A stretch of DNA of 63,236 bases, filler included, from Sphacelaria rigidula (lineage: Eukaryota), in NCBI GenBank assembly GCA_964200075.2. It is 8 parts of 8 records of this genome, joined end to end, with 100 filler letters (N's around TTAATTAATTAA, not from the genome) between each part and the next. Parts side by side here need not be neighbours in the genome. Positions count along the whole stretch, not along the records: positions 39,590 to 47,405 come from CAXNAA020013364.1; positions 47,506 to 55,321 come from CAXNAA020013365.1; 6 more parts are not named here. One strand, 5' to 3'. The position numbers and the translations under genes were made by a program. Below, in pieces: positions 40,289 through 51,719 of the stretch. How positions within the stretch are numbered: position 1 is the first letter of the stretch; each line of letters begins with the position of its first letter. Below the pieces are notes generated by a model. The model ran no database searches. It was not told the DNA's origin and saw only the letters and a program-made list of their open reading frames with translations.

Positions 40289-40510
40289 TGAACCTTACTT
40301 TTGACACGCGCCATCTATGGGAGGGTGTTCGTAGGATGGCCTGCGGTGTTCGGTAAGATACACCAAGTCAGGGTAAGGTACAAAAGTCTAGTGACATACC
40401 TGTTTTGAGTTCCGGGTACTATGCGGATGACTTTATATTGTGATGTTGGCGACTAGACATGCGTGAGTGGTGCTTGTCACATCCCGAGACTTAAGCGCCT
40501 ACTGGGTTCA
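40289..40510 (-). repeat. Candidate 3' LTR of the Gypsy element
   Basis: On the minus strand, polypurine tract AAGAGGGAAGGAAGGGGAG (40529-40511) is immediately followed by TGAACC, with a matching GGTTCA 222 bp later. No second LTR in the contig to confirm the far end. Confidence 0.5.
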
Positions 40511-41852
40511 CTCCCCTTCCTTCCCTCTTGATCAACAAAGCTTCATATACATTTCTACCTCATCTTGATCGGCAGTCAGCCGTGATCGACTATCGCAGTC
40601 GTGTCCATTGATCGACTATCTGAGTCGAATCTGTACCCCATCCTCTCACGGGGTCACGCAGCTACAAACAATCTTTACTCTAACCCCAAGTGTAGGTTCA
40701 ACTGTTTTTATGAAGGTCAGCCGTCTTGTTCACACACAATCCAAGTGAGATGCGGGCACTGATATGCCAAGAATGAGAAAATATGCTTGTTGAGTCTTCT
40801 TCGAGTATATTACTGGGGACGCCCCGATGTCGCTGCACTATAATAATACCACAAATGCACCCAAAACCAATCTTCAAATCAGAAGCTACATACCGTAAAA
40901 AGAGGAGTGACCCGCGGGGGTGAAGACAGAGAACCTTTCGGTCTTCACCTCGGTGTCTCTTCATCTCTTCAATCGTACTTGCCCACCTAACCTGTGATGT
41001 TAACTCTAAAAGAACCCACTCTTCAGTCGTCAAACACAAATGACAGCTGGTTTATGCTGTACGAAGTCTAATAATAGATTCAGAAACGCCCTATTTTGTG
41101 AATCTACTCTTCAAGATACCCCTTCTGCTCTGACCTTCCGATCCGGAACGCAAGTTTTTCTTACTTTTACCACTTCAACATAGAATTCGTCAGAGTGCTT
41201 ATTGCCCGTAGCCGGAACAATGTCCGCTAAGCCTTCACACGCCACAAAGACCTTCTTTGTACCCCGGACAAGGATTAGTTTATCATGTTTTATCCCGATT
41301 CCCCGATGCATACGTTCATATTTTAAAACTAGAACTGGTTCAGGTCAAGACCAAAAAGCCTCCTAAAGCTTGGCTGACCACATCATCAGCTCATTCTGTG
41401 AACCTCAATTTCATCTTTGGCTAAGATAAATTTGGTGAACAAACTAATTAAAAACGCCAAAAACTCTGGTGAGCCTCAATATTTCCAATTGATACTCAAA
41501 CCAGCCGCTCCAGAACCTTGGACACTACAAAACAGACTCCCCCAAGATATATAACATTCACTTTTGTACCCTGATTTATTTACTCAAAACTCCACAAATC
41601 GGTCCCTTTCCTCAAAGACACTGCCTGTATTCAACCTACACGATTATTCCAACAGTCAACTTCAAAGTAGAACGAAGAAAACCACTCCAACTAAGGTAAG
41701 AGAATTAGTCTAGCCATTTCATCGTGTCCCTGGCGCAGCTTCATCTCCTCGTCGTCGTGTGCCGATGCCAAAACCACCCCCAAATTATCTAGAATCTTGT
41801 GGTGTCCGTCTTCAATTCCGATGATCGTCGATGGTCCCCTCCAACATTCCAG

Positions 41853-44800
41853 CTAAAGCGTGTGTGCAAAGAATTTTGAAGTCCCGCGCTGCACATGAAC
41901 ATGCCAGCACCAGTCCCCCACTTGATTCCTCACTGCGTTCAGATTCTCCGGTAAGAGGTGTACGTTGTATCTCTTCCTCAAATCCAGCATCCTCAGAGTG
42001 TGCGGGCGCCGTTGTGACGCCGCATCCTCTTGCAGACCCATCATCACCTGGGCTAGAAGCCATCCCGCCGACTGCATTCGATAATATATATAACAACCGA
42101 CAATTTGCGGGTCATACACATGCGGACCAGCAGTGACATTGCTTCTCAACTCGTAGCCCTGAGCCACAAACATTTCTCCCCTTTCCCTAGCCTCCGCTCG
42201 TCTTGCCAAATTTATGCGGTACTTTCGGTACTTCGAGTTGTCTGGCTTGTCCATTCTAGGATTTCCCATCCAATACGTTAAAATTACTCGTCCATATTGT
42301 TTTATGTCCTCCTCATGTTCCACCTGGGTCTCTCCAAATTCTCCCAATATAATAGGTACTGAACTGAGAGTTTCCCCCCCAAACCACGGGATAAACGGTG
42401 ACTCACAATTTCTGTGGGCTTCAGCCTATACGTGTCTAGCTGTATCGACACATCTTCCTCGGTTAGGTGTAACGGGGGTGATAGTTCCGAATATTGATTT
42501 AACACATACTGGCTTAACCCCCAGGGTAGAGACTTCGGCGGCTCCGGTTCATCTTTTGGATTGAAGCACCGCTTACATCTCAACACAGAGACTCGGGGAC
42601 TCATGATTGCCCCTGGCTCATTTTTCCGGAGTTCAAGCAACAGTAGTTTTTCTCCCACTAGCTCTCCCTTTTCCGAAATACCTGGTCCCACCACCAAGAT
42701 TTTATACAGCCCTCGCCAGGAATGTGACAGTTTCGACGATAAAGATGTTTTTCCCCCTTCGCGTACCGCAGTTCCCCCTAACACGATAATACCCTTGGTG
42801 TCATACACAAAAACCCAATTGCCTACCTCCCACTTTGGCTTTCGATTTAGAGCTTCTTCCACCTGTTCATTATTTGCCTCGTGTTTGGATTTTATCAGAA
42901 AGTCCTCTTGTCGTACAAGATCGTATATACTATGCTTTGGTTTGACGATCCTTCATAAACTGCAAATATTCAAGTTGGTCCGCCTTCAGGCCTTGGTGTC
43001 CTACCACACCTCTTCTTTCTAGGATGGCCATGGGTAACCTTGGATATCTCCCGATGTGCACCTCGTTCGGCGCTAACCCGATTCCTCTACTTACATTGTT
43101 GTTGTGTGCAGAAATTGCGTGTAACAATAGCTTATCCCAGTCTTTCTAGTCATCTGCCACTAGGTAGGACAACATCTGACATAGCGTGTGGTTCAACCCC
43201 TCCACCATCCCATTAGTTTGGGGATAATACGCACTCGTGTATCTTTTCACGGCTCCCAACATCTCATAGACTATCCTTGCCACGTTTGCTGTAAATTCCG
43301 TTCCTCGATCCGACAATAGCGTGTGAGGACATCCCCATCTCGGGATGTAGTCACGCGCTAGAATATTCGCACAACCTTCCGCTGTTTTCACTTCTTTGGT
43401 AAGAGCATACGCTTCCGCATGTCTACTAAACAGATCTACCATCAAAATAATGTATGTATTGACCTTTGTCAATTTTGGTAACGGGACCAACAAATCAAAC
43501 GAAACCATTTGCCCTGGTTGACTCGGCAGTGGTAAGGAAATAAGTGGCCACCTTGCTGTATCTCTTGGATTTTTCCGAGCTTGACATGTGTAACATCTCC
43601 TGATCCAGAATTTAACACTGTCCTTCATCCCAACCCACCAGTAATATGGCTTCAACAAAGATAACGTGATACCTTCCCCCAAATGAATCGCTTCTTTGTG
43701 AGTTTGATCCATCACCCAAGGTCTCGAAAGCAGTGGCACATACGTTCTGGTTGGCTCTTCATCTAAATACCTCTCGAACTGTCCCGGGTTTCGGTCCAGC
43801 TGACTGGGCATTGGTGTCTGTTTTTTTACAAATAGTAATCCACCGTTCGAGACCTCCAAAAGTGTTCCTTGTTTCAGTAACCTTTTAAACTCGGATAGGT
43901 CAATTCGTGTGGGAACCCCGTTTTCTTGATCCTAAGTCAACACCGTCACTTGTTTCTTCAAGTATTCAATGACTGTTATCGACGTGAGATCTTCCTGCTG
44001 TATTTGTGCCCACTCATTTGCCGATTTCTGGCATAACCGTTCCCCAAAGTTACACGCTTCCTCTGCTTCGAGAGTCGGTTGTACCGTTGTTAATGGTCCT
44101 GCACTACTACTTCCTTCATTGGTCGTGGGTTCAATGACTAACACGGCTCTATGTTCTTGAGGTTGCAGTAGTCTTCTCCTAATTTCCGTGATCGGGCATG
44201 CATCCAAAATTAATCCCGGTTCCCATTGTCCTCTGACCATGTCACTAACCTGTGGAGACATTAATGGTGTGTCATCTTTTTCCACAAACGAAGACTTTTC
44301 CACCCTGTCACTTTCCACCCGTGCACTGATACTATCCTTCGCTCTTTGTAGCTCGATCCATTTTTGGTCAGCTTTTTCAGAGGTTGTGAGCGGTACTGCA
44401 CTTACTTCTTTTCCCCCAATTTTAAAAACCTATCCAGGGTCTAGCCCATTCAAGTTTGAATCGTGGGTACTCACCACCGACCCTACATGTTCACCCCTGG
44501 TCGAGTTTTTTAGAATTCTCGGCCATATTCCACCAGCGCCAATAAAATAGACATCCATGTATCCCGGGTCCGTTATTCGGGCATCCCCAGACATATCATT
44601 ATCATCCGGCGGCTGTGGTAAACGAGACAACATATCCGCATTCGCATTCACGCGTCCTGGCTTGTACTTCATTTCATAAGTGTCCGCACTTAAATAGTCG
44701 TGCCAACGCTGAACTCTCGGAACCTTTTCTGCAAGGCTCAATAAATTTCGCAAAGGTTGGTGATCAGTATAAATTTCAAACGGCACTCCGTAGAATAGTG

Positions 44801-47405
44801 GTCTGTTCTTTTTGATTGCCCACACAATAGCCGCTGCCTCTAGTTCGGACACACTCCAATTTCTCTCGTTGGGTAGTGTTCCTCGACTAAGGAAAATAAG
44901 AGGTCGAACTGTGTTATCCTCTTGTTGTTCCACCACCGCGCCCAGACCATCCAGAGATGCATCTGTGGTGAGCATAAATGGGCGTTTTCCCAACGCTGCA
45001 TCTTCGTAGTTCGGAAATGCTAACACGTTCGTACCGGTCAAGGATGATAACATCTCCTTGGCTATCGTTTCGTGTTCTTGAGTAAATTGAAACTTAAACC
45101 CCTTCTTCAACAATTGTGTGAGAGGTTTTAGTCTCGCAGCCATTCTTGGAATAAATTTACGGTAGTACCCAAACCTCCTAAAAGCGATCTGAGCTGAGAT
45201 ACATCGGCTGGCATTGGCATTTTCAGTAAAGCCTGCACCTTGTCCTGATCAGGAGAAATTCCCTCAGCCGATATGTGATGTCCCAGAAATTTTGTTTCTT
45301 TCATCTCAACATGTGCTTTTTTCGGTACCAACTTCAGGTTGTACTTGGTCAATCGTTGAAAAAGACCTTCCAAGTCATCTACATGTTGTTTGCCTGCTCC
45401 GCTGAACGTACACACATCGTCAATATGTAGACGGCATCGTTCCAACCCGTCACATATTCTTGCCATGATGGCCTGAAACCAGCCTGGACTACCACTGCAC
45501 CCCATCGGCATAACTAGCCATTCATAGAGACCACTTTGCGTACAAATCGCCGTTAACGGGATTGAGTCTTGATGTATAGCCACATTAAAGTAACCCGAAG
45601 TGATGTTCAAACATGAAAATATTTTGGCACCCCCTAATTCATGCAAAAGTTCCTTAATAATCGGAATGGGCAACACCGGTATTATTGTACTGTCATTTAG
45701 CTTCTTGTAGTTGCACGTAATTCGAATGGAACCATCCGCTTTGTTCACAACCACGAGCGGACTACTCCAGTTGGAATACGATCTCCGTAAAATACCTGCT
45801 GCGAGCATGCGTCAATTTCCACTTGTACCTTCCTTTGAACCGCCGGGTTGTGACGATATAGGCGCTGTTTGACAGGCCTTGTCCCCGGTTTGAGTTCAAT
45901 CCTAAACGGATCCACCGTGCAATACCCCAAATCCATCTCGTCCTTTGAAAATCGATGTGAATATTTGCACAAAAGTTCCCCCAAATTTTCAATGTCCTCA
46001 ACTGGCCAATGTGCACCTTCCAAACCGAACTTTATTTTTCGCATATGCACGGGAAGCTTCGCCCACATATCTTTAAATGCTCGATGTTGTTCATCCGTCA
46101 AACCTGCCAACACCGGAGGTTCCTCCACATTTTGGTCAACCGTGTATATCTCTTCGGGTTTTAGATTCTTTGTTTCAAAATCTTAACGTCCTCCAGAGAC
46201 CATGGTACCAAGGGTGCCCCCGCTGAACCTAGAGTAGTGTTTGGATGCAACATCTGTCCTTCTAAACCGTTACAACGGAGAGGGATAATGGATTCACCTG
46301 CTTCTACGATGATCTCCTGTGGGAACCACTCTGGACCGAGAGATACGTAATAAGAGCCACTACTGGCGGGCGTTCCGTCCATGTTACATAGTTTTACTGG
46401 GATCCATGACAATGTATTGGGTCGTATCATTTCCTGAGACCCATTGTATACTACTATAACTTGATCTGTGGTCGATTTCGGTTCCACAAAACCCACAGCC
46501 GTGCGGACTTTTCCGCAAACGCACGATCGACAGAGTCATTGTTGTTCCCTTGCAAGGTCATGACTGTCTCTCGTCGGTTCACATCCCGGTACGTTCTGAC
46601 TGGAAATAATCCAAGTCCATCACGTCCTACTAGAACGTCGTAATTCATTGTTCCTTCGGGTACAACATGGGCGTAGATTGCTAGACATGAATGTCCGTTC
46701 TGAACTGACACCCTTGGGTTGGGTATTCTAGGCCGCAGTCTGATATTCAACCGCACCTGTGAAGAAGTACACAGCGGGACACCATTAAAACCACCCCAAG
46801 ATACAGGCTCTATCTCTCGGACGCCTTCAATGGTGGCTGCCCCAACATCAACCATCTTTTTCCATATGGAGTAATGAATAAATGTCCCCGGACTCCCTGT
46901 GTCCACCAAAGCCTTAACCTCCAAGGTTCTAGTTGCCTTTGGGCCAGAAAATATTTGCGCCAAGGTCGAACTTTCTTTCTGGTTTAATCTCACTTCCCCA
47001 CCCCTGACTTCGTTAATTTCTTCCAAGTATCGACCTTTCCTTCCTCGCGCTACCTGACTAGCGATGGTCGCGGGTACGCGGGCGGAAACGGGTCCCGGAG
47101 GCAGGCGATTGCCAGTTCTGGGACCCAACGCATATATACTTTGTGCGGGCGCCCTACTTGGTTCGTCACCTTTTTCTACATCTACCCTACGCACTACGTA
47201 ACACGAAGATTCATCACGATCTGTTTGTCGTGAAGTATCCTGGGATTCTCCAACGGTTCTATCGGGGAAATCAAAAGTCATGCATGCCTGCACATCGTTA
47301 CTATTATCAGATGATCCACTTTCGTGTGCGGTTGCCAGATCGAGAGTAGGACCAGCTACGCTAGATCCCCCCTGATTCTTATTACTGTTGCCCCGACTGT
47401 TGTGA
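41853..47405 (-). mobile_element. Ty3/Gypsy retrotransposon pol (PR-RT-RH-INT-chromodomain + extra C-terminal module), frameshifted
   Basis: Protease ALVDTGS; RT WSSPLVVV, MPMG, HIDD, FLGH; RNase H TTDASLDGLGAV, ELEAAAI, YTDHQPL, NADMLSRL; integrase HHCC (HKEAIH...CYTC) and DDE (SFDL, SDRG, MVEG); GPY/F-like WRGLYKI; chromo-like EIVSHR...QYLLYW...EHEEDI. Multiple stops and frameshifts. Confidence 0.95.
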
Positions 47406-47505
47406 NNNNNNNNNNNNNNNNNNNNNNNNNNNNNNNNNNNNNNNNNNNNTTAATTAATTAANNNNNNNNNNNNNNNNNNNNNNNNNNNNNNNNNNNNNNN
47501 NNNNN
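47406..47505. other. Artificial contig spacer
   Basis: N44-TTAATTAATTAA-N44. Confidence 0.98.
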
Positions 47506-49260
47506 TTTTCCCATTTCGATTTACGTGACGATTATGCCTCGCAAAACCATGCACTTTTTGGTGGGGGGGCTATCGTAGAAAGTGTCGTGCTTCGCAACAC
47601 AAGCTCTAGGTATGTACCTGTGGAGATGATTGATCTATACAAGGCAGACCGTCGAGCCGAGAAGCTCACGAGGATTGTGAGTAGCTGGTACTCGGCTATA
47701 TGAATGAAGCATACTGCTATGAAGGCAGCAGAATATACCAAGTCCCCAAGTTGTAGATCGAGTCGTTGTGCCTTGTGCTCATCGCTGATACTAGCGCCTG
47801 AGGGCAAGACCGGAGGTAGAAGTAAGTAAGATGCCCGGACGGTTCGAAGCAACCCATCACGGTGCTCGAAGCTGGTACACGGCACATGGAGGATGTCGCA
47901 ACGCTGCCTTCAGATCGAGAAAACGCCTCGTACCGATCCATGACACATCCGCCAGCACTCCGGACGAATGAACATCACAATGAAATGACCAATTAGCGAT
48001 GTGTCGATTGGTCACCATGTGATGGTCGAGTCTCAGGGTGGGCGTACCAAGCTCGTGGGATATAGGCTGGGGCTGGTGAAATACCAGCGGCCAGCCGAAA
48101 CGATACTGCAGGCAAGCACTTGTGCTGCACCCGATACTCACCGTAGAGTTCAGTTCAAACTGCACTGCATCAAGCAAAAGATGGGCTAACTTTCACGTGC
48201 AGAGGAGCACTTCTGACTCGATAGTAAGCGAGATCTCCCCAAGTAGTTGGCTGATGGCTTTGTTATTAGACGCTGCTACTAGGTAGCTCAACGATAGTGA
48301 GAGCTGTGATGGTGCAGCAAAACCAGACTGGAATATAACACTAGTGAGGTGCAGATGGAATGCGGTCCACTGCACATATCACGCACATCTAAAACGCCTT
48401 CCGCATGTACAACTGACATCCGCCGTAACAGTTGCCCGCCATTATCATGCATGCCGCCAGTGGCACTGGTACGCCCCTGTGGTGCGTCTCTGCGATACGT
48501 ACCAATGGCACCTCAGGTACCACGGGAAGGTACCGCTGGGACACGCCAGTGGGCCGGCCCACTGGCAAGTGTTAAGATGCTACTGGCACGTGCCAAGGTG
48601 CCACAGGCACCTGCCGAGGTGCTTCTCACCCCAGCCCTTCCCCTATCTCCAGTCTTGACTCTTTTTAGACCAGAGCGGACTAACCAGGGGGCTAGGAACC
48701 ATAGTGAAGGGACACCATTTGCTTGAAAGCGACTGAAAATAATGACGATGCACAAATGGACCTTGCGTGCAGGCCAGGGTTTCACACCTGATTAATGGAG
48801 GGCCGGCCTCGAAAAGGGTTAAGCGTTCGACTGCCAGGCCAGTTATACACGTTGAGTTTGCTGCTGTATTGCCGAATATTCTGATTTTCCTACTGAACAG
48901 TGACATCCGAGTTGAGTTATGTGATTAGAGGCAGGAGAACCTGGCACGTCCGATCGGCAACAGTAGCACATTGCACTAGCACATGCTTTATGCACTCAAA
49001 TATTGGATGGTTGTGTAGTTACCCGACTCTGAGAAGACAACACCAGTGTGTCGATTCACTCTTCGACCACTAAGACGAGAGGCCTGGATCTCTCGATCAT
49101 TTTCGCGGGGAATTGATGCCGGTTCAACAGATTGCGTGCAATGGGTCCAACTGTCAAGATCCGAGCATGTGGCCGGTTCTAATGACGGCGGCACGAACTC
49201 TACACACAAAAAAAATGATCATTCGTCTGCTGCCCACGATGTTCCTTCCGATGGCGGCAG

Positions 49261-51669
49261 GTGGAGCTTTCGGGTGCTGTAGAAGGGACTGCCGAGTGGC
49301 CGTCTCACCTCGAGCCCGTTGCATGGCACAACGGTGGTGATATGGTGCGCATGAAGCTCGGCCTCTACCACTCCACGAACAACGTGGCCGATGGCGAGGT
49401 GAGTCAACAGTTCAACGTCAGACCTACTACTGTTATCAGTTGGCTGCCGCTTCAGCTGTTCATGGGGAATGGAGTGCTTGTGAGAACATGACGCCCGGTC
49501 TCCCCTGATGTGTCTCATGTGTTTGACAGGTGGAGTACAAGAACATCTCTATTGAGGGGCCTCGCGGCGTCATCCGCACCAGCTCTGTTGGAGTCAAGGA
49601 CTCAGGTATCCCGGAGGGGATATCGTACTTGGGCTGCTTCAAAGATCATCCCTCTAACCGCGTGCTGCCGATTTTGTGGAGGGATTCGAAAATGACTACC
49701 GAAGTAAGTGACGTGCGCGCACAAATGGTCTCAGGCGTAGATGTACGTGATTCTCCCGCCGTAACCCTCTCGAGTGTGGTCATCCGCCATACCGAAATAG
49801 GAAACATACGACGTTGGTTTGGGCGAAATGGTTAGACCGGTCGCGTTCACTCTGAACGATCGGGCGTGTACTACTACTCCAGAGCCATTGTATTCTTCCG
49901 CGGTTCGAATCACACTAAGTCATCTCACGATAAGGAGGAAGCGGGCTATAGGAGGCGTGCTCCTTTGCGAGGGCGGGAGAGGGCTGAGGGGAGGGGGGGA
50001 AAGGTAGACCTACGTCCTGTGTGACGCTAGACCTTTCGAAACGCTACTCGAGGCAGCCGGAACAATCGAAAGGGTCTTAATGTCGACAGGCATCTATCTA
50101 TCGCTAGCTTGACGAAACTTTGCCTCGCGGCAATGCACGTAAAGAGGTGTATCGCTGTGCATTATGAGCAATGCTACGGTATGGGTGCACTTTTTGCGCA
50201 AAATCCCATCTGGTCTAGAGGCTCCTAACGATTTCAGATGTTCGAGAATGTAGGTCAGGGCGTCCCTGTTTGCAAGTTTGTTCGGGAAATCCCCAGCATC
50301 TTGGAATAGTAATTCTGGCGTACTCTCATAAAAATATTTCACAAGTCGTGTTCTGGATGAAATCAAGGGCTCCTAACAGTTTCAACCTCAGAAAATAGTT
50401 GTGCACCCCTACCGTGGCATCACTCTCATGCAACACCCAAGTACTAATAATGTTGTTTCGGGCAACTATATGCCCCCTTGTAATGCGTGAGAGGACCGCG
50501 TGCTTAAGGGATCGCATCGTAGTGCGGAACACCTCAGGGTCGACGTTTACCAAAACCAATCGAGCCAGTCCCTGGAGGGACCACGCCGCTGACCCCAACC
50601 CTAGCACTACAGCTAACCCCAACCCTAATCATAGGGATGTTCAAATTCTGATGCGGCCCTCTAAGCACGCAGTCCTCTCACGCATAACACCCTGACCCCC
50701 ACCGCAACACAGAAAAAATAGTTCGTGTGAGCATTGTGGCGTCTATGACGAAGGCGATCGGATTCCGTCGAACTTGACTCTCAAAGTCTGATGTCTGCGC
50801 ATCCTCTCTGGTCGGTCGAACTTTGGTCAGATGTGTGCCGAGTATTGCGAGGGAGAAACGTACTTCGGAACGCAGTGGAGCAGTGAGTGTTGGTGCGGAG
50901 ACGAGAAGACTAACCTCCACAAGCACGACGAAATCCCCACCTGCGACTACCCTTGCGGTGGCGACGCCGAGGAAACATGCGGAGGATCGAGAGCTCTCTC
51001 CGTTTACAAGTATGGCGGGGCGCCCGACTGGGTTCCAGAGGGCACGAAGTACTTGGGCTGTTATGTCGACACCTACCGGGAACGTGTGTTCACGCTTAAC
51101 ATGACTACAGACAACGCAATGACACTTCAGGTACAAGAGGGACAATGCACAAAGTGACACGGTTACGGTGAATAAAATAGACGCTCCAGTCTTGCTGCGC
51201 AACACTCCTGGCAATCATGGTACGCTGTGCTCATTGAATGTTTTTAGTAGTTTATGGAAATGTTTCAGAATATTACGTTTGCGGTGCTTCATGCACAACA
51301 TCTTTTGTTGGCGTCTACTCCTGTTTCTTTCAACGGACAGATCATGTTGAAGGATCTGATGGCTCATACTCAGAAGAGAGGGTGTCACCTCGCTCATAGA
51401 TGATTAGCGGCAGACCAACGACAGCGGAGATACTGAGAAAAGAGAGTTTTTGGAGGAATACGTACGGCGCGTATCTAACTGCAGTGTTCATTAATATATC
51501 CGCTCAACGTGACCCCCCTCCTGAACAGCCCGTTATTCCGTCTAACGATCCCTTGATCTTCGCCAACTCACATGTCGATTTTGCCCGAAACTTTTTCTCA
51601 TTTTCAGATGTGCAAAGACATTTGCAAGGACGCAAAGGCCAGATACTTCGCCACGGAATATGGGCGCGA
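49261..51669 (+). CDS. WSC-domain protein (at least 2 WSC repeats) preceded by a candidate polysaccharide-lyase-like C-terminus, partial
   Basis: Exons 49261-49398, 49530-49703, 50831-51130 and 51608-51669 join in phase 0. WSC motifs: YLGCFKD...MTTEMCAEYC...YFGTQWSSECWCG...CDYPCGGDAEETCGG...SVY, then YLGCYVD...MTLQMCKDIC...YFATEYGRE. Confidence 0.9.
50166..50425. mobile_element. MITE (GAG(T/C)(G/A)ATGCTACGGTAGGGGTGCAC TIR family), intronic
   Basis: ~25 bp TIRs. Homologous to 54276-54535 (opposite orientation) and 26251-26871. Confidence 0.8.
50479..50689. mobile_element. TGT...ACA MITE with telomere-like core
   Basis: TIR TGTAATGCGTGAGAGGACCGCGTGCTTA; CCCT duplicated at the flanks; internal CCCTAA-like units. 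Confidence 0.8.
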
Positions 51670-51719
51670 GTGAGTACAGTAAAGCGTATGCTTAGGTTCT
51701 TTGTAAACAAGGAAAAAAG

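Noticed and set aside
46161..46496. dUTPase between the Gypsy protease and RT
   Set aside because: None of the conserved dUTPase motifs is recognisable; treated as the PR-RT spacer.
48001..48189. Possible upstream exon of the lyase-WSC gene
   Set aside because: No convincing GT donor or motif support; cannot be linked from sequence alone.
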